A stretch of DNA of 28,852 nt from Candidatus Cloacimonadota bacterium (GTDB taxonomy: Bacteria > Cloacimonadota > Cloacimonadia > Cloacimonadales > WRIO01): positions 1-28,852 of the forward strand of contig JAKQQL010000366.1 of the NCBI GenBank assembly GCA_029564175.1, given 5' to 3'. The position numbers were made by a program, and so were the translations under genes. Positions 9,554-19,119 of this stretch are shown piece by piece (position 1 is the stretch's first letter; every line of letters begins with the position of its first letter). The notes beneath the pieces are model-generated. The model was not told the origin of the DNA. It made no database searches and saw nothing but the letters and a program-made list of their open reading frames with translations.

Positions 9554-12500
9554 ATGAGAAAACTGATATTGTTAATATATTTAATGTTGACTGTTTTAAA
9601 TGTGTATGCAAACACAGCGATTATGCCAAAAGGGAAGGGTACCAAAGAAGAACCCTTTTTAATTGAAAGATGGGAAAATTTATACTGGATGAGTGTCCCA
9701 AATACCATCAATGGTATCTCTTACCAACAAAAAATGGAAAAGTATTATGTACAGACTGCCGATATTAGCTTTCCAAAGAACATAGGAAGAACTGATAAGG
9801 GAATTGGGTGGATACCGATAGGTACTGTTTATAGTGATAACTGGCGATTATATTCGTTCAAGGGTTCTTATAATGGTCAGAATTATAAGATTGATGGTTT
9901 GTATTCAGGATGTGATTATGAAGCGGGTTTATTTGGCAAGGTGTTAAATGCTGAACTCAAGAATATACATCTGACGAATGTAATGGTCGCAGGAGAAAGT
10001 CACATTGGTGCACTTGCCGGAAGTGTCTTTTATGATAGTAGTTTAACACCAAAATTTAAAAACACTATTGAAAATTGCAGTAGTACAGGTAAAATAGTGG
10101 GTGATGAAATTGCCGGAGGTTTGATTGGATCAGTCAGCGGGTATAAACTGATTAATTGCTATAGTAAGTGCGACATCGATATTAAAGGATATTATGTTGG
10201 CGGATTAATTGGTGAAGCAGAATCAACACAGTTAATAAATTGTTATACAATATCAAATGTATCGGGAGACTTATATATAGGTGGAATCGCAGGCATTTTT
10301 AGTGGTAAAATGAATAACTGTTTTTCAAATGGTAAAGTGAATGCTAAATCAAAAGCAGGAGGTTTATTAGGAGAAGTAAGAAATAATATAGAAATTGAAA
10401 ACTCTTATAGTCTTTCAGTAGTAAAGGCTGACGAAAAGGCAGGCGGGCTGTTCCCTCCTCATGAAGAATATTATTATGTTATTCTTTACAATTCATACTA
10501 TAAGTTATCCAATAATTTGATTAAAGGTAAAATAGTCAGAACAGAAGGTGCTTTGGAAGACCTTGAATTTGAAAATTGGTTACGAAATGGGAAGAAAACC
10601 AAGCATTTAATGCTGAAGAAGAATGACAAGGGAGAATACCTGATATCAAGTGTAAATGATTTAAAATTGATAAATTCAATAAAACAAGATAAAGATAATA
10701 AGTTCATCTTGTTAAACAACCTTGATTTATCAAATGAAAAGGATTTCTATATCCCCTTTTTTAGAGGAACTTTCGATGGAAATCATAAGAGTATCCAAAA
10801 TTTGACGATCAATTTACCTGATCAGAATAATATTGCCTTGTTTAGCCGGACTGAGAATGCATATATAAAGAATCTTCAATTAATAAATGTAAGTATTACT
10901 GCAAATGACAAAGGTGCAGCCCTTATTGGAACTGCTAATGGCAGAACTCTAATTTCAGATTGCAGCGTTTCCGGAACGATTAAAGGGAACAAAGTGGCAG
11001 GATTACTTGGATTATCTAACACTGTTACTGTTTTGAAAAAATGTCATGTAAAAGGGACAGTAAAAGGAAAAGAAGCCGCCGCCGGGATTGTGTTATACTA
11101 TTGTGAGTTACTTTCTGATTGTGTGAATGAAAGTGATGTTTATTCTGAGGAATCTGCTGCCGGTTTGGTTCATACAATTGATTATTCAAAAAGTACACCA
11201 ACAATTGTTAACTGTGTCAATAAAGGGAATATACATGCTAAAAACTCAGCAGGTATTGGGCTTATATTTGATGGGGAAATTTTAAAAACTTATAATTCTG
11301 GTAGAATCAGTGGAGTAGAATCTGCTTCCGGTCTAATAGGTAGTAGTATTTATAAAGGGATGATTCATTATGAAGATTGTTATAATATTGGCTTAATTGT
11401 GAGTGAAAACAGTGCTGCAGGCATTCAACTTGGGGGATGCTTTGAAATCAAAAATTGCCATAATAGTGGGAATATTAAAGGAAAATCTTATGTAGGCGGT
11501 TTAGTTTCAATTGGTCAGGGCAGTATTATTGATTCATACAATGAAGGTGATATTGAAGCTGAAAGTCTTTATGGCGGGCTCATAAGCTGTATGAAAATGT
11601 ATGGAGAAGATTATGATGCTTATAACAACGATGATGAGAATTACGGTTATCCTAATATGGTTGTGATTAATTCTTATTATAATTATGAAAAAGTTAAGTT
11701 TAACGGGAAATCAGAGATTACCTATGGTGCATTGGATCAAGAAATGTATGAGAATTGGGGAACAGAAGCAAAAATTCTTCATATCATGGATTATCTGGTA
11801 GCTGATGAACAGGGTAATTTTCAGATTTGGGATATGGAAGATTTTAAAAAACTACTTGCATTTGGTTATTACAGATCAGAAAATTTTATTTTAATGAATG
11901 ATATCGATTTTAAAGATGATCCCAATTTTTATATTCCCGGATTTAACTCGAATTTGAATGGCAATGGCAAAACAATACGAAATCTAAATCTGAATTTGCC
12001 AAATTTGAATAATATTGGATTGTTTGGATATGGTCAATTTAATTCTGTTTGTAATTTAAAGTTTGAGAATGCAAGGGTTACAGGTAGAGATATAACTGGC
12101 TTACTATGTGGTTATTCTCGTGAGTGTGTCTATGAAAATTTGTCTGGTGAAGGTACTGTCAAGTCAAATGGAACAGCTGGCGGGCTGTTGGGAGAGTTGG
12201 TTTCTGGACGAATTATAAAAGGTAGTTTTAAGGGTGATATTCAAGCCAAAAAATGGGCAGGCGGACTTATTGGTGTAGGGGCATATACAGAAGTTGAAGA
12301 ATGCCATGTGAATGCCAAAATTGAGAATCATTTTATAGAAAAATATAACATTATTCAAAATGAAGACTTAATCCCTATCGAAACCTATGCCAGTGGTGGT
12401 ATCATTGGTTATCAGTTATCAACAAAACTTAAAAACAGTTTTGCTGTGGTTAACATGGATTCTCAACTTTGTGGAGGAATAAGCGGGATTTTTTCTCTAA

Positions 12501-12832
12501 GTTCTATATCTGATTCCTATAGTATTTGTAAATTGTCTGAACAGAGCAAAACTTCTGGTTTGATTGCAGTTAAACAGCTATTTACAGAACAATTTTATGA
12601 ACAATTTCAATCTGAGCAACTACCAGAAGAGTATACCCAAAGAATCAGTCATTCTTTTATGAACAAGGATCTATTATCCGTTTCATCGATTGAGTATGGA
12701 ACATTAATAAGTAGTTCAGAGTTAAAAAATCAAAGCCTGCTCATCAAAGCCGGATGGGATTTTAGGAATGTTTGGAATATAGACCCTCAGGTGAATGAGG
12801 GGTATCCGGTTTTTAAACATAGATCAGAATAA
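9554..12832 (+). CDS. Secreted GLUG-motif repeat (beta-helix-like) protein
   Basis: Signal peptide; GKGTKEEPFLI, GWIPIG, FKGSYNGQNYKI; many VGGLIG/AGGLLG repeats; C-terminal GWDFRNVWNIDPQVNEGYPVF. Confidence 0.8.
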   Translation: MRKLILLIYLMLTVLNVYANTAIMPKGKGTKEEPFLIERWENLYWMSVPNTINGISYQQKMEKYYVQTADISFPKNIGRTDKGIGWIPIGTVYSDNWRLYSFKGSYNGQNYKIDGLYSGCDYEAGLFGKVLNAELKNIHLTNVMVAGESHIGALAGSVFYDSSLTPKFKNTIENCSSTGKIVGDEIAGGLIGSVSGYKLINCYSKCDIDIKGYYVGGLIGEAESTQLINCYTISNVSGDLYIGGIAGIFSGKMNNCFSNGKVNAKSKAGGLLGEVRNNIEIENSYSLSVVKADEKAGGLFPPHEEYYYVILYNSYYKLSNNLIKGKIVRTEGALEDLEFENWLRNGKKTKHLMLKKNDKGEYLISSVNDLKLINSIKQDKDNKFILLNNLDLSNEKDFYIPFFRGTFDGNHKSIQNLTINLPDQNNIALFSRTENAYIKNLQLINVSITANDKGAALIGTANGRTLISDCSVSGTIKGNKVAGLLGLSNTVTVLKKCHVKGTVKGKEAAAGIVLYYCELLSDCVNESDVYSEESAAGLVHTIDYSKSTPTIVNCVNKGNIHAKNSAGIGLIFDGEILKTYNSGRISGVESASGLIGSSIYKGMIHYEDCYNIGLIVSENSAAGIQLGGCFEIKNCHNSGNIKGKSYVGGLVSIGQGSIIDSYNEGDIEAESLYGGLISCMKMYGEDYDAYNNDDENYGYPNMVVINSYYNYEKVKFNGKSEITYGALDQEMYENWGTEAKILHIMDYLVADEQGNFQIWDMEDFKKLLAFGYYRSENFILMNDIDFKDDPNFYIPGFNSNLNGNGKTIRNLNLNLPNLNNIGLFGYGQFNSVCNLKFENARVTGRDITGLLCGYSRECVYENLSGEGTVKSNGTAGGLLGELVSGRIIKGSFKGDIQAKKWAGGLIGVGAYTEVEECHVNAKIENHFIEKYNIIQNEDLIPIETYASGGIIGYQLSTKLKNSFAVVNMDSQLCGGISGIFSLSSISDSYSICKLSEQSKTSGLIAVKQLFTEQFYEQFQSEQLPEEYTQRISHSFMNKDLLSVSSIEYGTLISSSELKNQSLLIKAGWDFRNVWNIDPQVNEGYPVFKHRSE

Positions 12833-12852
12833 AACACTAAATTAATAGACGG

Positions 12853-12881
12853 AAAGGCATAACCGATTGGTTATGCCTTTT
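12853..12881. terminator. Bidirectional terminator between convergent genes
   Basis: Perfect 12-bp stem AAAGGCATAACC-gatt-GGTTATGCCTTT. Confidence 0.85.
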
Positions 12882-12889
12882 CTAAGATA

Positions 12890-15241
12890 CTAAGCTTTGA
12901 ATTTTAATGTAATATTTTTTATTGTATCAGTAATATCTTCAAGATTTAAAGCAGCCTTTTTTACTTTTTCAGATTCATGAGCTGTTTTTAAAGAGCTTTG
13001 GTTGATTTCAGTCAGGTGGTTTGTAATGATTGATATACCGTTTGTGATTTCTATAGAATTTGATGAGATTTCATCCACTTGATTTTTCAGTTTTTCAGAA
13101 TTTTTAGCGACTTCATTCGCTGTAGTTGAGTTTTCTGCAGTATTCTTAGCAATTTCATTAACACCTTGACCAGCTTCAGAAATATTACGATTGATATTTT
13201 CAGCAGAAAATTTTATCTTTTCAGAAAAATCAGCGACTTCACTGGTATTTCGTGCAGAGATAGCGATAGACTTTGAAATTTCTTCCACAGCATAGCTTTG
13301 CTCTTCAATATTCGATGCGATGGAATTATTGATTGTATTTAACTCAGTTATGATTTTTTTTACAGATTCAAGAGAGTTTACCGTTATAACTGTAGATTTC
13401 TGCATTTCTTCAATTTTTTCCTGTATTTTACCTGTTGCTTCTGCAGTTTGGCTGGCAAGTGCTTTTACTTCATTAGCGACAACTGCAAATCCTTTTCCGG
13501 CTTCTCCTGCTGATGCTGCTTCAATCGTTGCATTCAGTGCCAACATATTAGTCTGATCGGCTATATCATTGATTAAATGGACTACTTTACTGATATCAGC
13601 AGCATTTTTCTTTAATTCGTTCATGATTAAGGCCGTTTCCTTAGCCTGTAAATTTGCTTTATCTGAAATTAAGCTGGCATTTGAAGTGCTTTTTACGACT
13701 TCTCTGAGAGAAGCACTCATCTGTTCAATTGCTGAAGCTGCCGTATTGGTATTATCTGAGATGTCAGATATCTTGTTAACAATATGATTGATATCATTAT
13801 TTACTTCACTAACAGCACTTACGATACTATTAACATTTGAGGATGCCTGTTCCGTACTAGCTGCAACAGAGTATATACTTGCCGACATTTGAGTTGCTGA
13901 GGACGCAACAGTTCTGACATTTGCTGCAGCATTTTCAGTTGAAAAGGCAATCTGCTCAGTATTGCTATTGATTTCTTCAGAGGTACTGACCAGATTCTCT
14001 ACTTTTTGATTTATCTCCACTGAACTATCAACTAGTTTACTGGAAGAATTAAATAAAACAACTGATGATTTAGATAATTCATGCACATTGTTTTGAAGTT
14101 GGACAATAATTTTTTGAATGTTACTGATAAATAAATTAAACCATCCTGACATCTCTCCTAACTCATCTTTATTATCTAAATCTAAGCGTTTTGTTAAATC
14201 ACCTTCACCTTCGGCGATATCTTTCAGTAGATGAATTGTATGACGAATAGGATTGATGATGCCTCTTGAAAGAACCAAAATCATTATAAAAACAATAATT
14301 ATAACTAACAAAATTAACATAACAGTAAAAAGTGTCTGATTAAAGGATTTACTCTTCTCTTTTTCAATATCATCAGACATTTTTATCGTTGATTTATCAA
14401 TGACTGAACCTATATCATCCACCATGTTCGTGACAGATGTCCAAAACATTTCATAATCAAGCCCAAAATCTCCGGTACTCGATTTAGAAAGGATTGTCTG
14501 AAAATTTTGATCAACATTTTTCCACGACTCGCTTGTCTTTTTCTCATTTAGGATTTTTAACTCTTCATCAGATAATACAAGCGCTGGAGAGGAGATGTTG
14601 GCGTTAATATTAGACTTAAGTTCTATGAGTAAAGAGAATTCCTGCTCGGATAATTCAGTATTTCTTTTAATCAAACTGGACATATTGGCTCTCAACAACC
14701 CAGCATTTTCCTTTGCAACCTCTATGATTAAATTGCTTGTCATCTTTTTGCCAAAGCCTTTAGTCGTCTTACTGTTAGATATTGCTGACTGAAGGCTTCT
14801 AAGGTCTGTAATCAGTTCAGTATAATCTTTAATCTCTTGTTTGACTAATTGAGAATTTTGCTCTTCATAAGAAGCTCTGATTTTGTTTAGGGTATTTTCA
14901 ATCTGACTCATTTTTTTTATCGTTTCTCTGTTTGAAACTTTTTCATTTTTTAAAGACTCGACCCAATCCTTTAGTTTAGTATCAGTATTTTGTCTGAATT
15001 TTTTTATATCTTCAAATACTGTCCCTCCTGAGAGAAATACTGCAGTTCGTCCTCTCTCTTTTTGTAACTCGCTCATCAGATGGGATGTGTGTAAAAACAA
15101 ACTGGCATTATGGCTCATAATATTCAGAATAGAATATTCTGTAATTTGTTGCTTTACTGTGATAAAACCAAAAATTGTCAGAGCAACAAGTGGTACTAAA
15201 CCAATGATCATGATTTTTTTTGCAATACTTAAACTATTCAT
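12890..15241 (-). CDS. Methyl-accepting chemotaxis protein with NIT-like sensor, HAMP and an extended signalling domain
   Basis: Two TM helices; NIT-type motif [74 protein letters not shown]. Confidence 0.92.
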   Translation of the reverse strand: MNSLSIAKKIMIIGLVPLVALTIFGFITVKQQITEYSILNIMSHNASLFLHTSHLMSELQKERGRTAVFLSGGTVFEDIKKFRQNTDTKLKDWVESLKNEKVSNRETIKKMSQIENTLNKIRASYEEQNSQLVKQEIKDYTELITDLRSLQSAISNSKTTKGFGKKMTSNLIIEVAKENAGLLRANMSSLIKRNTELSEQEFSLLIELKSNINANISSPALVLSDEELKILNEKKTSESWKNVDQNFQTILSKSSTGDFGLDYEMFWTSVTNMVDDIGSVIDKSTIKMSDDIEKEKSKSFNQTLFTVMLILLVIIIVFIMILVLSRGIINPIRHTIHLLKDIAEGEGDLTKRLDLDNKDELGEMSGWFNLFISNIQKIIVQLQNNVHELSKSSVVLFNSSSKLVDSSVEINQKVENLVSTSEEINSNTEQIAFSTENAAANVRTVASSATQMSASIYSVAASTEQASSNVNSIVSAVSEVNNDINHIVNKISDISDNTNTAASAIEQMSASLREVVKSTSNASLISDKANLQAKETALIMNELKKNAADISKVVHLINDIADQTNMLALNATIEAASAGEAGKGFAVVANEVKALASQTAEATGKIQEKIEEMQKSTVITVNSLESVKKIITELNTINNSIASNIEEQSYAVEEISKSIAISARNTSEVADFSEKIKFSAENINRNISEAGQGVNEIAKNTAENSTTANEVAKNSEKLKNQVDEISSNSIEITNGISIITNHLTEINQSSLKTAHESEKVKKAALNLEDITDTIKNITLKFKA

Positions 15242-15287
15242 TTAACCTCCTAAGGATATATTTCTAAGTAAAATTGTTACCTGAATA

Positions 15288-15336
15288 TGTCAAGAAAAAA
15301 AAGCTTGACAATAATTCGTATTTAGCTAAATAGGAA
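15288..15336. promoter_or_regulatory. Back-to-back -35 boxes and a probable ArsR operator
   Basis: TGTCAA (15288) and TTGACA (15305); perfect 14-bp palindrome TATTTAGCTAAATA (15319-15332) over the -10 region upstream of arsR. Confidence 0.6.
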
Positions 15337-15360
15337 AACAGGAAATATAAGAAGGTGAAA

Positions 15361-15642
15361 ATGAGTGAAGAAAAAGAATTAGAGTTTGTTGCAAATCTAT
15401 TCAGTGCCTTAGGGCATCAGTCACGATTATTAATTGTTAAAGCACTGGCTGAAAAGGAGCATTGTGTCTGTGAACTAAAAGAGATAGTTGGCTCTGAAAT
15501 GCCAACTGTATCAAAACATTTATCTGTGTTAAAAAATGCCGGAATTGTTGATAGCCGGAAGCAGAATAATATGGTTTTTTATCGTTTGATTTATCCCTGT
15601 GTAATGGAATTTATTAAATGTATTGAAGAAAACAAAAAGTAA
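15361..15642 (+). CDS. arsR: ArsR/SmtB family metalloregulator
   Basis: FSALGHQSRLLI, CVCEL, TVSKHLSVLKNAGIV, VFYRL. Confidence 0.88.
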   Translation: MSEEKELEFVANLFSALGHQSRLLIVKALAEKEHCVCELKEIVGSEMPTVSKHLSVLKNAGIVDSRKQNNMVFYRLIYPCVMEFIKCIEENKK

Positions 15643-15652
15643 GGAGAGCTAA

Positions 15653-16960
15653 ATGAGTGAAAAACTGAAAGAACTCAAAATATTGCTGACGATGATCGCA
15701 ATATTTCTGGTGGCCTACTTTATACCCTTTGAATCAGAACACTTTAGAAATGGTATTCATGAAGCCTTTTATATGCTTCAGGATTATGCCCGTCTTCATG
15801 TCTTGTTATGCTTAGTGCCCGCATTATTTATCGCCGGAGCCGTCAGTGTCTTTGTCAGCAAAGGGGCAGTGATGAAATACCTCGGACCTACAGCAAAAAA
15901 ATGGATAGCTTATTCGGTGGCATCAGTGTCCGGAGCTGTTTTAGCGGTTTGTTCATGTACTATTTTGCCCCTGTTTAGTGGTATTTATAAGAGAGGTGCA
16001 GGTCTTGGACCAGCAATTGCCTTTTTATATTCAGGTCCGGCAATCAATATTCTGGCGATCATTATGACAGCTCGTATTCTCGGTTTGGAAATTGGTATTG
16101 CCAGAGCTGTTGGTGCGGTTGTATTTAGTGTGATTATTGGTTTTATGATGCATCTGATTTTCAGAAAAGAAGAACAACAACGCCAGGATGGAATGATGAA
16201 TGCTGGAATGGATGAAGAAAGCAGACCCTTGTGGCATACAGTTGTTTTCTTTGCTCAGATGGTAATCATTCTTTTAGTATTAAACTGGGCTAAACCCAAT
16301 GAAGCGACAGCATCATCCTTTATGAACTGGATGTTTGCCTCTAAGTGGATGCTTTCAGGTGTATTTTCCTTTATGTTTGGCTTAACTTTAAGTTTCTTCT
16401 ATGGGTTTAAGATGTGGAAAGTTATTCTTTCTACCGTTATAGTTGCTATTTCTGCCTTTATGTTTCAGGGTCAACCTCTTTTGCCTTATGTGGTTGGTGT
16501 TACCTTGTTTACCGGTTTTTTAGTATTTGAAGAAGGCGAAATGAAAGACTGGCTGGATTCAACCTGGGATTTTACCAAGCTGATTTTACCTCTTCTGTTT
16601 GTTGGCGTTATGATTGCCGGTTCTTTGTTAGGAAGACCTGGTTTTGAAGCCTGGATTCCTTCCTGGTGGATTGAAACAGCAGTCGGAGGGAACTCTCTCT
16701 TTGCCAATTTCTTTGCGTCCATTTCAGGTGCTTTTATGTATTTTGCCACTTTAACGGAAGTTCCCATTTTACAAGGCTTATTAGGCAGTGGAATGGGGAA
16801 GGGTCCTGCTCTGGCATTACTATTATCAGGTCCGGCTTTGTCTTTACCCAGTATGCTGGTGATAAATACTGTATTAGGTTTTAAGAAAACAGCTGCATTT
16901 GTTATCCTTGTCATTATCATGTCAACCATTACAGGTTATTTATTTGGAGCGCTTGTATGA
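15653..16960 (+). CDS. ArsP/DUF318 family permease
   Basis: LAVCSCTILPLFSGIYKRGAGLGPAIAFLYSGPAIN; MYFATLTEVPI; GPALALLLSGPALSLP; multiple TM helices. Confidence 0.88.
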   Translation: MSEKLKELKILLTMIAIFLVAYFIPFESEHFRNGIHEAFYMLQDYARLHVLLCLVPALFIAGAVSVFVSKGAVMKYLGPTAKKWIAYSVASVSGAVLAVCSCTILPLFSGIYKRGAGLGPAIAFLYSGPAINILAIIMTARILGLEIGIARAVGAVVFSVIIGFMMHLIFRKEEQQRQDGMMNAGMDEESRPLWHTVVFFAQMVIILLVLNWAKPNEATASSFMNWMFASKWMLSGVFSFMFGLTLSFFYGFKMWKVILSTVIVAISAFMFQGQPLLPYVVGVTLFTGFLVFEEGEMKDWLDSTWDFTKLILPLLFVGVMIAGSLLGRPGFEAWIPSWWIETAVGGNSLFANFFASISGAFMYFATLTEVPILQGLLGSGMGKGPALALLLSGPALSLPSMLVINTVLGFKKTAAFVILVIIMSTITGYLFGALV

Positions 16961-17664
16961 TCATGACCTGGTTTGAAAGTTTGACCATGGCTCTATATGC
17001 CAATCAGGGCGTAGCCATTATGGCTTCCTTTGCCTGGGGAATTTTGAGTATTTTACTCAGTCCCTGTCATCTGGCGAGTATCCCTCTGATTGTGGGGTAT
17101 TTAAACGGGCAACAGGACAAATCTGTTGGGAACTCTTTTAAGCTCTCATCTTTTTTTACCTTAGGCATCTTGCTTATGATGGGGATTATTGGGCTTATCA
17201 CAGGACTTTTAGGCAGAATGATGGGGGATATGGGTTCTTGGGTAGAGCCTTTTATGGGAGTGATATTCATTATCATATCACTCTTGATTGCTGATATATT
17301 ACATTTACCTTCTTTTGGACATCATCATATTCATCATGGAAAAGGTAAAGGCGTACTAGGGGCTTTACTGATGGGATTCATACTTGGGATAGCCCTTGGT
17401 CCTTGTTCATTTGCCTTTATGGCACCCATTCTAGGCATTGTATTTAGCTCCTTTCAAACTCAAATGATTTATTCACTTTCTTTGCTTCTTGCTTACATCG
17501 TTGGGCATTGTTTAGTGATTATTTTTGCAGGGACTTTTTCAACTGTGGTAGAGAATTATCTGCATTGGACAAATAAAAGTAAAACAACCCTCATCGTTCG
17601 CAGAGTATGTGCGATGTTGGTCTTTGTATCAGGTATTTACCTGATGATTAAAAAATATATTTAG
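16957..17664 (+). CDS. ccdA: CcdA/DsbD-like thiol-disulfide membrane transporter
   Basis: GILSILLSPCHLASIPLIVGY and LGPCSFAFMAPIL, the two PC motifs; ~6 TM helices. Confidence 0.8.
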   Translation: MIMTWFESLTMALYANQGVAIMASFAWGILSILLSPCHLASIPLIVGYLNGQQDKSVGNSFKLSSFFTLGILLMMGIIGLITGLLGRMMGDMGSWVEPFMGVIFIIISLLIADILHLPSFGHHHIHHGKGKGVLGALLMGFILGIALGPCSFAFMAPILGIVFSSFQTQMIYSLSLLLAYIVGHCLVIIFAGTFSTVVENYLHWTNKSKTTLIVRRVCAMLVFVSGIYLMIKKYI

Positions 17665-17672
17665 GAGGAAAA

Positions 17673-17906
17673 ATGATACTCAAAGTGTTAGGAACCGGTT
17701 GTGCAAAATGTAAAAAACTGGAAGAAAATGCCTTAAAAGCAATTGCTGAAACAGGTATAGATGCAAGCGTAGAAAAAGTAAGTGATTTAAACAAAATCAT
17801 GGATTATGGGGTGATGATGACTCCGGCTCTGGTGATTGATGAAAAAGTGGTTTCTGCAGGCAAATTGCTCTCTGCAGGGGATATTGCCAATCTGATAAAG
17901 AAGTAA
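17673..17906 (+). CDS. Small redox-active disulfide protein (thioredoxin_3/MTH895 family)
   Basis: KVLGTGCAKCKKL...YGVMMTPALVID; AGGAGG RBS. Confidence 0.9.
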   Translation: MILKVLGTGCAKCKKLEENALKAIAETGIDASVEKVSDLNKIMDYGVMMTPALVIDEKVVSAGKLLSAGDIANLIKK

Positions 17907-17917
17907 GGAGATAGAAA

Positions 17918-18307
17918 ATGAGTGACTGTAAATGTTCATGCGGATGTGCAAGTAATACGGCCAGAAAGAGTGTTTATGCCTGTGCCGGAGCAAGCAATGT
18001 TGGAAAAATATCTATGGATCTGGCGATTAAACTGCACCAGCTGGAAAAATATAAAATGAGCTGTGCAACAGGTGTAGGCGGAGATATCTGTTCATTTGTT
18101 GATTCAGCAAAAGGGGAAGATAACACGAATCTTTTGATTGATGGTTGTCCGGTTGCTTGTTTAAAAAAGATGTTTGATAACAAGGGAATTGAAAACTATG
18201 ACCATATTGTATTAACTGAAATGGGTATTACAAAAGATGGCGTTTTTGAATATGACCCGTCCATTATCGATCGTTTGATTAAAGAAATCGAAGAAATGGG
18301 ATTATAA
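17918..18307 (+). CDS. DGC-domain putative zinc-binding protein
   Basis: YACAGASNVG, MSC, IDGCPVACLKK. Confidence 0.85.
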   Translation: MSDCKCSCGCASNTARKSVYACAGASNVGKISMDLAIKLHQLEKYKMSCATGVGGDICSFVDSAKGEDNTNLLIDGCPVACLKKMFDNKGIENYDHIVLTEMGITKDGVFEYDPSIIDRLIKEIEEMGL

Positions 18308-18690
18308 TGAAAAAGATTTTGATACTGCTGTTGGCAATTACCATCTGCTTTTCACTTTTTTCAAAAGAAGAAAAGAAGCCTGCTCCAAAGAAGAAACCGC
18401 TGGTTACTTTCCTGGAAATCGGAGCTGAAACCTGTATTCCCTGCAAAATGATGAAGCCTGTTATGAAAGATATTCAGGATGAATATAAAGATAAAATTGA
18501 TGTGATATTTCATGATGTCAGTAAAGATAGACTCATAGGCCAAAAATATAATATCAGAGTGATCCCTACTCAGGTTTTTCTGGATCAAGACGGCAAAGAA
18601 TTTCATCGTCATGAAGGCTTTTATCCCAAAGAAGAGATTATGAAAATAGTCGATCCGAAAATGGGGATAAAGCGAAAAACTGAAAAATAA
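18307..18690 (+). CDS. Exported thioredoxin family protein
   Basis: Signal peptide; GAETCIPCKMM; IRVIPTQVF; RHEGF. Confidence 0.88.
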   Translation: MKKILILLLAITICFSLFSKEEKKPAPKKKPLVTFLEIGAETCIPCKMMKPVMKDIQDEYKDKIDVIFHDVSKDRLIGQKYNIRVIPTQVFLDQDGKEFHRHEGFYPKEEIMKIVDPKMGIKRKTEK

Positions 18691-18704
18691 CCATAGATAT
18701 AGAA

Positions 18705-18859
18705 GAGCTCGCTGTAAAAAACATTATGAACCACAAAATACACTAAATACACGAAAAGGATGGTTTAAAAAACTCTTTTAAACTACTTTTTGGGATTGTT
18801 TTTTCTGCTTTAGCTTGAGAAGTGTTTCTTTCTTAAAACAGATTTTTTACAGCAGACTC
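18705..18859. mobile_element. 155-bp MITE-like element
   Basis: Imperfect 17-bp terminal inverted repeats (TIRs) GAGCTCGCTGTAAAAAA / TTTTTTACAGCAGACTC, flanked by direct repeat ATAGAA (18699-18704, 18860-18865). Confidence 0.65.
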
Positions 18860-18901
18860 ATAGAAGTTAAATATTTAGCTTAAGTATTTAATTAATGTTT
18901 T

Positions 18902-18923
18902 ACCCCTCTCTTGAGGGGTTTTT
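18902..18923 (+). terminator. Terminator of the ars-type operon
   Basis: ACCCCTC-tctt-GAGGGGT followed by Ts. Confidence 0.75.
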
Positions 18924-19119
18924 ATATTTTTTAAAAAAATCCAAATAAAATTCTTGACAATAAATGAAAAAAACAACAAAATGGCGTAAGTATGAAATAT
19001 AATTATCTGTATAAGCCATAAATAGTCTTAAAAATCAAAGGAAATGGCTTTTAAATGTGGGGTGTTTGTCCAAGTTCTGTTCTAGAACAATCAGGATAAA
19101 AAGAAACTCAGGAGGTGCT

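Noticed and set aside
19057..19119. Longer N-terminus of kinase 1 in the ORF track
   Set aside because: The RBS and paralog alignment support GTG at 19120.
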